Source of the DNA: a virus | Reading direction: 5' to 3' (one strand) | Virus record (IMG/VR): IMGVR_UViG_3300046832_000578 | Length of the DNA stretch: 64,000 nucleotides | In this document: in pieces, positions 39,991 through 49,124 of the stretch | Numbering within the stretch: the stretch's first letter is position 1 | Layout of the letters: every line of letters begins with the position of its first letter | Position numbers and translations under genes: made by a program | Notes under the pieces: model-generated | Database searches by the model: none | Told to the model about the DNA's origin: nothing | What the model saw: the letters and a program-made list of their open reading frames with translations, nothing else

Positions 39991-40298
39991 TTACCGTAAC
40001 AGAAGCAGCAAAAACACAACTTAACGAAATTCTTTTGGATGAACCAACTGCCAAATTTGTAAGAGCATTTATCTCTGGTGGTGGGTGCTCTGGTTTCAAT
40101 TATGGATTTACTCTCGAAGAAGGTAAAGAAGAAGATGACTTTGTTATTGATAATCTTATAGTTGATTCGATGAGTATGCAGTATTTCGATAATGCCACGA
40201 TTGACTTTACCAGTGATAAACTAAAGGGTTCACAATTTGTAATAAGTAATCCAAATGCAAAAACCACATGCGGGTGTGGTAGTTCATTTTCAGTATAG
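39987..40298 (+). CDS. A-type Fe-S carrier (IscA/ErpA, HesB family)
   Basis: GGGCSG, NPNAKTTCGCGSSF. Confidence 0.92.
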   Translation: MITVTEAAKTQLNEILLDEPTAKFVRAFISGGGCSGFNYGFTLEEGKEEDDFVIDNLIVDSMSMQYFDNATIDFTSDKLKGSQFVISNPNAKTTCGCGSSFSV

Positions 40299-40306
40299 GA
40301 CAATAG

Positions 40307-40456
40307 ATGACAACTAAATACTTTGAGTGTAATGAATGTGGAGCGAGAGGAAAGATCGTCCTCAAGGGAGATGACCACAGCACAGAAGATTTGGTATATT
40401 GTCCAGTCTGCTCTGCTGACATCTATGAAGAGGAGGATCTTGACGATGAAGAATGA
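40307..40456 (+). CDS. small zinc-ribbon protein with acidic tail
   Basis: MTTKYFECNECG...YCPVCSADIYEEEDLDDEE; absent from the ORF track. Confidence 0.75.
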   Translation: MTTKYFECNECGARGKIVLKGDDHSTEDLVYCPVCSADIYEEEDLDDEE

Positions 40457-40881
40457 CTTGGTATTATCAAAACAATCCCATAGAGGAATTGCCTGAAGAT
40501 TGTGTTGGCTTTGTTTATTTAATTACGAACAAAGCCACCAGTCGTATGTATGTGGGTAAGAAATTAGCAAAGTTCTCTAAAACTACATACAAAACAATCA
40601 AACAAAAAAACGGAACGAAGAAGAAGAAAAAGATCCGTAGTAAAATAGACTCTGATTGGTTGGAGTACTATGGTTCAAGTATAGAACTAAATAAAGATGT
40701 AGAGTTACTGGGAAGGGACAACTTCACCAGAGAAATTTTATTTTTGTGTAAATCAAAAGCAGAATGTTCATACATAGAAGCACGAGAACAGTTTGCCCGA
40801 AAGGTATTAGAATCTGATGACTTTTATAACGGACAAATATCTGTAAGAGTTCACGGATCTCATATTAAAAACAAACTATGA
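40453..40881 (+). CDS. GIY-YIG-family nuclease-like protein
   Basis: GFVYLITN...MYVGKK; FTREIL. Confidence 0.75.
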   Translation: MTWYYQNNPIEELPEDCVGFVYLITNKATSRMYVGKKLAKFSKTTYKTIKQKNGTKKKKKIRSKIDSDWLEYYGSSIELNKDVELLGRDNFTREILFLCKSKAECSYIEAREQFARKVLESDDFYNGQISVRVHGSHIKNKL

Positions 40882-42023
40882 CATACTTACTATTCACAGT
40901 TGCATTAGGACTTTCAGCAGTTGCTGCATATTATGCAGTTGCTGGTCTGATTGCCATCTTTGCTGCAGCTGTGATTCCAATTGCAATTATGGGTTCGTTG
41001 CTTGAAGCATCGAAACTCGTAGTGGCATCGTGGCTTTATAAAAATTGGAAAGAAATTCCAATTCTCTTAAAGTCATATTTTACCGTAGCCCTAGTTGTGT
41101 TGATGTTACTAACTTCAATGGGCATTTTCGGATTCTTATCAAAAGCACATTTAGACCAAGCAATTCCAACAGGAGATGTTCAGTCTAAATTATCATTGAT
41201 TGATGAGAAAATCAAAACAGAAAAGGAGAACATTAATGCAAGCCGTAAAGAACTTTCTCAACTCGATGCTCAATTGGATCAAACTATCTCCCGCACCACA
41301 GATCAAGGTGGAACAGAGCGAGCCATCCAAATCAGAAGAAACCAGCAAAAAGATAGAAACAGAATCCTCACCGAAATCGGTAGTGCCCAAACCAAGATCG
41401 CCAAACTCAACGAAGAGCGTGCCCCGATCGCCAGCGAAGTCCGTAAAGTCGAAGCAGAAGTAGGACCAATTAAATACATTGCTCAAGTAATCTATGGTGA
41501 CGCTGATACTGATCTTTTAGAAAAGGCAGTTAGGTTTGTCACCATATTAATTGTTCTTGTATTTGATCCACTTGCTGTTTTAATGTTAGTTGCTGCAAAC
41601 TGGCAAATGAGAAAAGATAAAGAAACTATTGAGCCAGAACCTACCAAAGAAAAGGTATGGGATACGTTCTTCAAAAAAGAGCCTGTTACTGAATTTCCAG
41701 AAAAAGAACCTGAGATTAAACACATTGTTATAGAAGACAATATACAATTTAAAGATACAATTAATCCAAAAGAACAAGATTCAGAGTTACCAGAGATAGA
41801 AGTAGATGAACATAACAAAGACTGGGAACCAGAACTTTTTGATAGAAAACAGGTTAAAAAGATAGAATATGATTCTGCAGGGAGAAGAATTACTCCTATT
41901 ACAGAAGAAGAGTTAAACCCTCCAACTAAAACACAATCTTTCTTGAATAAAGTACAAGAAGTGTTTTCATCCCCTAGTGTAAAAACTATCGAAAAAGAAG
42001 TAGAAGAGTTACAAAAGAAATAA
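40878..42023 (+). CDS. membrane protein with coiled coil and acidic tail
   Basis: several TM segments; GIFGFLSKAH, EVGPIKY, VFDPLA. Confidence 0.75.
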   Translation: MTYLLFTVALGLSAVAAYYAVAGLIAIFAAAVIPIAIMGSLLEASKLVVASWLYKNWKEIPILLKSYFTVALVVLMLLTSMGIFGFLSKAHLDQAIPTGDVQSKLSLIDEKIKTEKENINASRKELSQLDAQLDQTISRTTDQGGTERAIQIRRNQQKDRNRILTEIGSAQTKIAKLNEERAPIASEVRKVEAEVGPIKYIAQVIYGDADTDLLEKAVRFVTILIVLVFDPLAVLMLVAANWQMRKDKETIEPEPTKEKVWDTFFKKEPVTEFPEKEPEIKHIVIEDNIQFKDTINPKEQDSELPEIEVDEHNKDWEPELFDRKQVKKIEYDSAGRRITPITEEELNPPTKTQSFLNKVQEVFSSPSVKTIEKEVEELQKK

Positions 42024-42097
42024 CCCTTAGTTCCTAAATAATATTAGAGTGAACGCAATAACTTGTTATTTTCCGTATAACTAAAAAAGGTTTAAAA

Positions 42098-42571
42098 ATG
42101 ACCAAAAAGATCGCTACAGCGGTGCTTTTTGTCATGACTTTGTCTTCTGCGATGGCTGATCCCATCGTGACTGATTCGACTAGTAGAAGTACAACTGATT
42201 CTACTTCAAATAGCACAACAACAGTAAAATCCCCTCCACCAACAGCAGTGGCTCCAGCAATCACAATCATTAATAGTGATGTTTGTGCAGTTGCGGTGTC
42301 TGGTGCAACTCAAACTCAAATTCTTGGTATCTCTTTTGGAGCCACGATGACTGATAAGAATTGCGAAAGATTAAAATTAGCTCGTTCTACATATGACATG
42401 GGTATGAAAGTAGCAGCAGTTGCTATTATGTGTCAAGATGAAAGAGTATTTACAGCAATGATGAATGCTGGAACACCATGTCCAGTAGATGGTAAGATTG
42501 GCGAGCAAGCCAAATCAATCTGGGAAGCAAATCCAGACAGAATTCCGCAAAAAGTCAAGAGTAAAGACTAA
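42098..42571 (+). CDS. secreted Cys-containing protein
   Basis: signal peptide; SPPPTA, NCERLK, AGTPCP. Confidence 0.75.
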   Translation: MTKKIATAVLFVMTLSSAMADPIVTDSTSRSTTDSTSNSTTTVKSPPPTAVAPAITIINSDVCAVAVSGATQTQILGISFGATMTDKNCERLKLARSTYDMGMKVAAVAIMCQDERVFTAMMNAGTPCPVDGKIGEQAKSIWEANPDRIPQKVKSKD

Positions 42572-44493
42572 TGAGATTCTGGGGATTATTGCTTGTAGTA
42601 TTGTCGGTGGTGCTTGTAACACCTAAAGCACACTCACAAATAGTGACAATTCCAATTCCAGGAAGTCCACTGTCACTAAATGTGATGGCCAATCCACAAC
42701 CACTACAAAACATATACAATAATCCATCAGCAGTGCCTTATCAATTGTGGGATGATGGATGGGCAAATGTGCCATTACCATTCACGTTTCCATTCTTTGA
42801 TAAAACATTCAATAACTCTACAATGTATAGTAATGGTGCTGTGCAGTTTGGACCACCAGTAACAGGATTTCCATCTAACAACACTTTTTGCTGTAGTGGT
42901 ATTACGATTGATAGAAATACACCATCAGCATACAATTATAGCATTCTTATGATGCAAGACGATTTGTATGGAGCGACTGGAAACAATCACTATTCATTGG
43001 GCACGTCAAACACAATGACCTATGGTTGGTATAATGTTGAACGATTGGGAATGCCTCAAAACAAAACCAGTTTTGAATTAAAGATTGATAGCACTGGCGG
43101 TATTGATATGCGTTGGACTGGTGCATTACTATCGTACAGTTCACCAGCAATTGGAGTAATTGGTGATGCATCCAAAGGAGAGTTTGCTGTTCTTCAACAA
43201 GGTGGTCTAACAGCTAACACTTTCTCAATTCCAGGATTGACTCAGTGGACAACTGGACAAACTCCTGATATTATTATTGATCCATGCACAACTAATCCAC
43301 TTTATGCACCATCATGTGCAGGTTATCAAGCAGCATACACTGAACAACAATGCTCAATTAATCCATTATACTCTACAACATGCTCAGGTTATCAGTCTGC
43401 ATATACTCAGCAGCAGTGTTCTATTAATCCATTATATTCTATGACATGCTCTGGTTACCAACAAGCATATCACAGTCAACAATGTTCTCTTAATGCACTC
43501 TATTCTACTGACTGTCCTGGATATGCATCTGCGTATTTAAATCAGCAGTGCAGTATTAATGCTCTTTATTCTACAACTTGTTCTGGATATCAACAAGCAT
43601 ATCATGCTCAACAGTGCAGTATTAATGCTCTTTATTCTACAACTTGTTCTGGTTATGCTGAAGCATATAAAGCACAACAATGTTCATTAGATGGATTATA
43701 CGACAGAACATGCCCAAACTATTCAACTGCTTATGCAACTAAAATGTTACTTGAACAACAAGGCACAGCAGGAACAGTAGCAACTGCAGGTACAGTGGCA
43801 CGAAACGATCCTGCCAATCAACCTGTTTCTACAACAACTGCTTCAGCTACAGTTGGTTCTGATGGCGCAGTTGCTGTTGGTGTTTCAAAAACAGGTGATA
43901 GTAATGTGGACAAAGCAATTGCTCCTCCACCACCAAGCGCAAATTCTGCTACCGCACCTGCTGGCGCAGTTCAGTTAGCACCACCTCCACCTGCTCCACA
44001 ACAACAAATGGCTCAGAATGAACCAAAGGGTGGTGGCGATAAACCTGAACCAAGAGGTGGAAATAAACAAGAGGATAAAAAAGATGATGCTCCGAAAGGC
44101 TCTGGAGGCAGTTCTCCGTCACCGAATACTAATACTACTGCATCGTCATCTGATAAACCAGCAGCACCTACTGCTCGCCAAGCACTCCAAGAACGAAGAG
44201 AAGCTGCAGCAAAAGCAGCAGCAGTAGAACAAGGTAAAAATCTTGCCAACGAAATGGGTAAAGCTGACAACATGGAACAACAGAAACAAGTTCAAAATGT
44301 CGTAATCCAAGCAATGGGATTCACACCTGGATTTGATACATACGGTAAAGCAATGCTACCAGATGTTGCAGGATATAAACCATACACAGTTTATAATAAT
44401 CAGAGAAATGTTGAGAATCGTGCTACATTAAGAATGTTTGGTGGTACTGATTCAGTGCATCAACAAATGATTGAGTCTCAATATAAGAGGTAA
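42571..44493 (+). CDS. large exported protein with nidogen-like domain and 22-aa Cys repeats
   Basis: signal peptide; DDG...LPFTFPFF...SNG; repeats; Pro-rich linker. Confidence 0.75.
   Translation: MRFWGLLLVVLSVVLVTPKAHSQIVTIPIPGSPLSLNVMANPQPLQNIYNNPSAVPYQLWDDGWANVPLPFTFPFFDKTFNNSTMYSNGAVQFGPPVTGFPSNNTFCCSGITIDRNTPSAYNYSILMMQDDLYGATGNNHYSLGTSNTMTYGWYNVERLGMPQNKTSFELKIDSTGGIDMRWTGALLSYSSPAIGVIGDASKGEFAVLQQGGLTANTFSIPGLTQWTTGQTPDIIIDPCTTNPLYAPSCAGYQAAYTEQQCSINPLYSTTCSGYQSAYTQQQCSINPLYSMTCSGYQQAYHSQQCSLNALYSTDCPGYASAYLNQQCSINALYSTTCSGYQQAYHAQQCSINALYSTTCSGYAEAYKAQQCSLDGLYDRTCPNYSTAYATKMLLEQQGTAGTVATAGTVARNDPANQPVSTTTASATVGSDGAVAVGVSKTGDSNVDKAIAPPPPSANSATAPAGAVQLAPPPPAPQQQMAQNEPKGGGDKPEPRGGNKQEDKKDDAPKGSGGSSPSPNTNTTASSSDKPAAPTARQALQERREAAAKAAAVEQGKNLANEMGKADNMEQQKQVQNVVIQAMGFTPGFDTYGKAMLPDVAGYKPYTVYNNQRNVENRATLRMFGGTDSVHQQMIESQYKR
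43282..43735 (+). repeat. seven ~66-bp coding repeats (C-S-I-N-x-LYS-x-x-C-x-GY-x-x-AY-x-x-QQ)
   Basis: near-identical ~40-bp blocks at ~43546 and ~43612. Confidence 0.85.
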
Positions 44494-44495
44494 TT

Positions 44496-44669
44496 ATGGA
44501 AACACAATTAGCATTAGTGGCTTATATTTTAGCAGTTATATCTTTAGCAGTATCAGTATATGTTGCTTATCTCTTAAGTGAATTAAAAGATAGAATAACC
44601 CCACGAAAAGACAATCATATCCAACGACAACCTACAAAAGCACAGAAATTAAAAGGTCATTGGGACTAA
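44496..44669 (+). CDS. small membrane protein (57 aa)
   Basis: GAGG RBS; METQLALVAYILAVISLAVSVYVAYLL. Confidence 0.6.
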   Translation: METQLALVAYILAVISLAVSVYVAYLLSELKDRITPRKDNHIQRQPTKAQKLKGHWD

Positions 44670-44679
44670 GGAGTAAAAG

Positions 44680-45276
44680 ATGTCAGAAGAAATTAAAGAT
44701 GTCAATGCAAAGATTGACGAGGCAGAAGCTACAGTAAAAAAGTATGCCAGCAAAGATACTGTAATTAGTATCGGTGGTTATGAGTTTACTCCAGCTAAAC
44801 TTATGGTAGCATTTACTTTAGTATCATCATTGCTTGGTGGTCTATATGGATGCTTCGAAGTTTATAAAGATTATATGGGTATGAAGAAAAAGATCGCTGA
44901 ATATGTTACACCTGATCTTACTGAAATTTACAAAAAAATGGAAGTGTTAGATGCTAACACCAGTAAGATGGTTGAGTATACTGAATCTATTAAGGGTGAT
45001 TTGAAGAATGATGTTCGCAGACTAGAAGGTGTAGTAGAAAATGTTGAAAGATCTAGTAAAACAGACCAGCGTTTGACAGATGCCACAGTTAAAGACATTA
45101 AGCGTGAGAACGATGCCACAGTTAAAGATATCAGAAGATACACTGATGAAACAATTAGAGATGTAAATCGTGAGATGGTAAAAAATCAAAAAGAAACAAC
45201 AGCGGAAATCCGTGCGTTGAGAAGCGAAGTTGATATGAAGATTAAAAAAGCATTGGATAATCCTCTATCAAACTAG
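44680..45276 (+). CDS. membrane-anchored coiled-coil protein, paralog A
   Basis: single TM; ends ALDNPL. Confidence 0.75.
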   Translation: MSEEIKDVNAKIDEAEATVKKYASKDTVISIGGYEFTPAKLMVAFTLVSSLLGGLYGCFEVYKDYMGMKKKIAEYVTPDLTEIYKKMEVLDANTSKMVEYTESIKGDLKNDVRRLEGVVENVERSSKTDQRLTDATVKDIKRENDATVKDIRRYTDETIRDVNREMVKNQKETTAEIRALRSEVDMKIKKALDNPLSN

Positions 45277-45286
45277 GAAAAGAGAA

Positions 45287-45766
45287 ATGACAGAGCAAAT
45301 TAAAGATGTAAATAAAAAGATTGATGAGTTAGAAGCAGGTGTTAAGAAATACGCCAGCAAAGATACAGTTATTAGCATTGGTGGATACGAATTTACTCCA
45401 GCTAAACTTATGATAGCTGCAACTATTGTGTCATCAATACTCGGTGGACTATACGGAGCATTTGAAGTCTATAAATCATATCAAGATATGAAGACTAAAA
45501 TTGAAAAGTACGTAGCACCAGACTTAACAGAAATTGAAAAGAAGTTGGCGATTGTTGAAGAGAATTCTCAAAAGTCATCTGATTATACTCGTGATATCAA
45601 GAACGATCTTAAGAATGACATCCGTCGTCTAGAGGGAGTTGTTGAAAGTGTGGAAAGATCATCTAAACAATCTCAAAGAGAGACTGAGCAAGATGTTCGT
45701 AACTTACGAAAAGAAATAGATAGTAAGATCCAAAAAGCGTTAGATAATCCATTGGCAGGAAAATAA
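45287..45766 (+). CDS. membrane-anchored coiled-coil protein, paralog B
   Basis: shares KKYASKDTVISIGGYEFTPAKLM and ALDNPL with paralog A. Confidence 0.75.
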   Translation: MTEQIKDVNKKIDELEAGVKKYASKDTVISIGGYEFTPAKLMIAATIVSSILGGLYGAFEVYKSYQDMKTKIEKYVAPDLTEIEKKLAIVEENSQKSSDYTRDIKNDLKNDIRRLEGVVESVERSSKQSQRETEQDVRNLRKEIDSKIQKALDNPLAGK

Positions 45767-45782
45767 TTATAAGGAATTTGCC

Positions 45783-46064
45783 ATGAATGATAAAAAATTA
45801 TTTAAATGGGTAATCATACTTCTTTTGTTACCACTTGGTTTGGCATATTTTGGCGGAGATCGTTTTAGATATCCATGTCAAGATCCAGACAATTGGGACA
45901 AAGAGATGTGTAAGATGCCTAGATGCGACGTAACTAGAACTTGTCCTGAACATATTTTTAAAGGACAAAGAGATCCTAGACTTGGTCCACCACCAACTAG
46001 AGTAGAACCGATGGGTGCAACACCAGCACCAACATGTCAACAACCAGCAGGAGCATGCAAATGA
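45783..46064 (+). CDS. small membrane protein with Cys motif (DRFRYPCQDP.NW...C...C...CP)
   Basis: TM helix plus 4-Cys domain. Confidence 0.7.
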   Translation: MNDKKLFKWVIILLLLPLGLAYFGGDRFRYPCQDPDNWDKEMCKMPRCDVTRTCPEHIFKGQRDPRLGPPPTRVEPMGATPAPTCQQPAGACK

Positions 46065-46534
46065 GTGAACAATTTATGTACACAGAAGACCAGTTGATGG
46101 CTCGACTAAGATTCTTTATTGGAGTCTGTTTGGCACTAACATTGACTGGCATCGTTTTTGTGGTTTTATATTCAATTATTTTTGTGACACAACCACTAAA
46201 CGCTATTAGTCCAATTGACCAAAAATTCTTTGAGTTAATTATTCCTATTGCCACTTTCTTGACTGGTACTTTGTCAGGCATTATGCTGGCAGGTAAAGAT
46301 CCTGAAGCAAACAAAATGGCACTACAAGCAGCAAACAAAGGATGGGATAAACCACCAACACCATCTGCACCATCTTCTGGTGGTATGCCACCTCGTCCAT
46401 CAATCGGTGGAATGGTAAGTGGACTTGCAGCAGGTGCAACTGGTTTTGGTATGAGTGCAGGTTCACCAGTAATGACTAGAATGCCAGACTTAGAACCTGG
46501 AGATCCTACTCACAGAAATTTCCGTAATGATTAA
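46061..46534 (+). CDS. two-TM membrane protein (holin-like topology)
   Basis: two hydrophobic helices; Pro/Gly tail. Confidence 0.65.
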   Translation: MSEQFMYTEDQLMARLRFFIGVCLALTLTGIVFVVLYSIIFVTQPLNAISPIDQKFFELIIPIATFLTGTLSGIMLAGKDPEANKMALQAANKGWDKPPTPSAPSSGGMPPRPSIGGMVSGLAAGATGFGMSAGSPVMTRMPDLEPGDPTHRNFRND

Positions 46535-46637
46535 TCCCTTTGATGTATGGGTAAGAACCATGTTAGAACTATGGTTTTTACCCTATAAAATCATAGGAAT
46601 GGCTTCCAAATAACCCTACAATCTGTAAGGTCATCCT

Positions 46638-46665
46638 AAACCCCTGTAAATACAGGGGTTTTTTC
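46638..46665 (+). terminator. intrinsic terminator
   Basis: aaacccctgta-aa-tacaggggttt plus T run. Confidence 0.75.
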
Positions 46666-46678
46666 TTGTAAAAAGTGC

Positions 46679-46707
46679 TTGTCTTTAATTGCAAATTAGG
46701 GCATAAT
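46679..46707 (+). promoter_or_regulatory. early promoter
   Basis: TTGTCT-ttaattgcaaattaggg-CATAAT. Confidence 0.8.
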
Positions 46708-46737
46708 AGATGTATGAAAAGTGAAAAAGGAGTTGTT

Positions 46738-46896
46738 ATGAAAGGTTCGATTCGTTTAGTTGTGGGGTTTCTCCTCGTGTTCGGTGCTGTTGGTGGTCTT
46801 GACAATCCTGAGAATCCCGTGATGGCAGGAATTGCTCTTGCTGCAGTTGGTTTGGGTTTGATGTACTCTGGTTCAAAAGCGATGGAGCGTGTATAA
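46738..46896 (+). CDS. small two-TM early membrane protein
   Basis: GGAG RBS; hydrophobic. Confidence 0.65.
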   Translation: MKGSIRLVVGFLLVFGAVGGLDNPENPVMAGIALAAVGLGLMYSGSKAMERV

Positions 46897-47078
46897 TGGG
46901 TAAATTAAAAGAGTCTTTGATTACTTTGGAAGAAATGGTCGAGCAGGGTTTCACTGCTACTGAGATTAGCAATCAACTCGGTGTTTCTTATGATTTGGCA
47001 ATGCAATACATTTTTCAGCGTCATGAACTTGAATTGCAGAAACAACATGAATTTATGTCTTATGGAGAACAGCAATGA
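46896..47078 (+). CDS. small HTH-like early protein
   Basis: GFTATEISNQLGVS. Confidence 0.55.
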   Translation: MGKLKESLITLEEMVEQGFTATEISNQLGVSYDLAMQYIFQRHELELQKQHEFMSYGEQQ

Positions 47079-47311
47079 AAAATACAATTGAATATCGTGG
47101 TCAGACTTTTGACCGCACACATGGTAGTCCTTTCGATCGTGGTGCAGCTGATAGCTGGTACAGTCGTCCGCAAAGTCCACACTGGTATCCTAAGGGATCT
47201 TATCGTGGTGACCGAGTTGAATCTAAAGACATGAGTATTGCAGAAATGCGTGCATACTTCATGGGCTACGAATACAATGAGCAGTTCGGTGATAAAAAGA
47301 GTTGGGATTAA
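47075..47311 (+). CDS. early hypothetical protein (HGSPFDRGAADSWY family)
   Basis: recurring phage motif. Confidence 0.7.
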   Translation: MKNTIEYRGQTFDRTHGSPFDRGAADSWYSRPQSPHWYPKGSYRGDRVESKDMSIAEMRAYFMGYEYNEQFGDKKSWD

Positions 47312-47500
47312 AACCCCAAATGGTCTTTGTGGAGGGATATCCGTGGCAGACCTTAAACAGCCTAAACAGCAGTCTATATCTACAGGTCGTTGCGTCCTTT
47401 GACTGAGAGACTATAAAGAAAGAGTCATAAACTGATGCAGTCTATTTTTGCTGGTTACAGACTATAAAGAAAAACCAGCACTAATTTTGAAGGAGTTGTT

Positions 47501-47710
47501 ATGTTAGCATATTGTGATTACATCGCTAAAGTGATTAGCGAATCAATGAAGAAAGACTCGAATGATAATTATATGTCTTACATTGATAATGTTGGAAAGA
47601 TTCAATGGGATCTCGGAGAGAAGGGAGAATTCCTTTCTACTAAAAAGACCATGTCTGTAGTTGATAGGAATGGTAAATGTTATCGTGTGACTGTTGAGGA
47701 AGTAAGATGA
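47501..47710 (+). CDS. hypothetical protein
   Basis: AAGGAG RBS. Confidence 0.65.
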   Translation: MLAYCDYIAKVISESMKKDSNDNYMSYIDNVGKIQWDLGEKGEFLSTKKTMSVVDRNGKCYRVTVEEVR

Positions 47711-47919
47711 TTAATGTGTTGAAGTGGGTTGCCACCATCGTTACAATCGCAGGGGCTATTGCAACTGCATTAATGATTGACCCATTAAACATCTGGCTAT
47801 TAAACTTGGGTGCATTTTTGTTTTTGATTTGGGGTTTCCTAATCAAAGAGAAAGCGATGATTGCAGTGAACGCTGGTTTACTGCTCGTGTATGTTGGTGG
47901 AATTTTTTATAGGATGTGA
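47707..47919 (+). CDS. small membrane protein
   Basis: three hydrophobic segments. Confidence 0.65.
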   Translation: MINVLKWVATIVTIAGAIATALMIDPLNIWLLNLGAFLFLIWGFLIKEKAMIAVNAGLLLVYVGGIFYRM

Positions 47920-47920
47920 C

Positions 47921-48223
47921 ATGAATAAATTTGCAGCAATGAAACAAAAGAATGCGATTGACAGTGAGATTCTCTTGATTACTCAAGAAGAATGTGCTGA
48001 AGTTACGCAAGCGATAAGTAAGGTGTTCAGGTTCGGTATGGACGATGAACATAATGGACAAACTAATCGAGAACACCTAGAAGAAGAAATTGGTGACTTA
48101 ATGTGTATGATTGACTTGCTTATCGAGAATGGTATTATTAGTGAATCTGCAGTAATTACTGCAAAAAACGAGAAGCTGAATAAGCTGATGACATGGTCTG
48201 GAATTTTTAAGGATGCAGCATGA
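47921..48223 (+). CDS. MazG-like nucleotide pyrophosphohydrolase
   Basis: EECAEV...SK..RFG...LEEEIGDL. Confidence 0.8.
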   Translation: MNKFAAMKQKNAIDSEILLITQEECAEVTQAISKVFRFGMDDEHNGQTNREHLEEEIGDLMCMIDLLIENGIISESAVITAKNEKLNKLMTWSGIFKDAA

Positions 48224-48459
48224 TTCAGATTAATAATCTATCGCCTTATGAAGTCGAAATGCTAGATCATATGTGGTCTTTGGACACTGAAGAAGAGTAT
48301 TTTGAGTGGTGGAATTTGCTAGATGAAGAGGATCAGAGACTTGCAGATAGTCTGCAACAAATGGTTATCCTTGCATCTGCCGATGAAGTCTTAGAGAAAG
48401 ATAATCAATATAAAGATGCAAAAGAATACCTAAAGAAATTTGCCTTGCAAAGAAAGTAA
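48220..48459 (+). CDS. hypothetical protein
   Basis: coupled ORF. Confidence 0.6.
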   Translation: MIQINNLSPYEVEMLDHMWSLDTEEEYFEWWNLLDEEDQRLADSLQQMVILASADEVLEKDNQYKDAKEYLKKFALQRK

Positions 48460-48597
48460 ATGTATAATAGAACCTTGAAACCTAGAAATCCTATTGCAAA
48501 GGATCTCCGCACTCCAAAGTATCGCATGCGAAAAGTGGAGAGCAAGGTTCAGTACATTCGTAAACCTAAGCACAAAAAGGACACATATGAGTCTTAA
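48460..48597 (+). CDS. small basic ArfA-like peptide (start may be TTG 48475)
   Basis: RNPIAKDLRTPKYRMRKVESKVQYIRKPKHK; directly after promoter TTGCCT-17-TATAAT (48440-48468). Confidence 0.55.
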   Translation: MYNRTLKPRNPIAKDLRTPKYRMRKVESKVQYIRKPKHKKDTYES

Positions 48598-48853
48598 TTA
48601 TGAGGCAGAGTTCTATCGAAGTGGTCTGTTAAAGACTGTTAAGATTAAGGAACATAACATGGGCACATCTTATGAAATGATTGAATTTACAATCAAGAAT
48701 AAGTTGACTGATGATAACGGTAAAGTTATAATTGACGCTGGACACACTTCTTTCTTCTCTCCAAAAGAGTTTAAAGAATTTTTTGGTCCAATTTTTAATG
48801 ATATGAAAGAGAGAATTGATAATGACATTTCAGACAGTGTTCAAAACGGATAA
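48587..48853 (+). CDS. hypothetical protein
   Basis: AGGA RBS, MSLNYEAEF. Confidence 0.6.
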   Translation: MSLNYEAEFYRSGLLKTVKIKEHNMGTSYEMIEFTIKNKLTDDNGKVIIDAGHTSFFSPKEFKEFFGPIFNDMKERIDNDISDSVQNG

Positions 48854-49124
48854 AGAATTCGAGGAATTTAAAACATGGACTCTAGGAATACTTCACGATG
48901 AAAATGCCAAAGATTTGTGCATTACTTTCACCAAAAAAGATGGTACAGTTAGAGATATGCGATGCACTCTCAGTGCAGGACGAATTCCATCAGACAAAAC
49001 ACCAACCAACGAAGGAAAGAGTAGCCAAACTTCTGGATCCGCAGTTCGTGTCTTCGATACAGAAAAACAAGAATGGAGATCCTTCCGCTGGGATTCCGTA
49101 ACGAAAGTGAGTTTTAATCTATGA
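48822..49124 (+). CDS. WYL-like SH3-fold protein
   Basis: FTKKDGTVRDMRCTL...VFD.EKQEWRSFR. Confidence 0.75.
   Translation: MTFQTVFKTDKEFEEFKTWTLGILHDENAKDLCITFTKKDGTVRDMRCTLSAGRIPSDKTPTNEGKSSQTSGSAVRVFDTEKQEWRSFRWDSVTKVSFNL

Noticed and set aside
40453-40881. Mobile homing endonuclease
   Set aside because: Only a short GIY-YIG-like domain with no DNA-binding extension; it looks like a conserved T4-like gene rather than an insertion.
43282-43735. CRISPR array
   Set aside because: These are in-frame coding repeats without unique spacers, and no cas genes are present.
44680-45766. Diversity-generating retroelement template/variable repeat pair
   Set aside because: Differences are synonymous and not adenine-specific, and there is no reverse transcriptase in the window.
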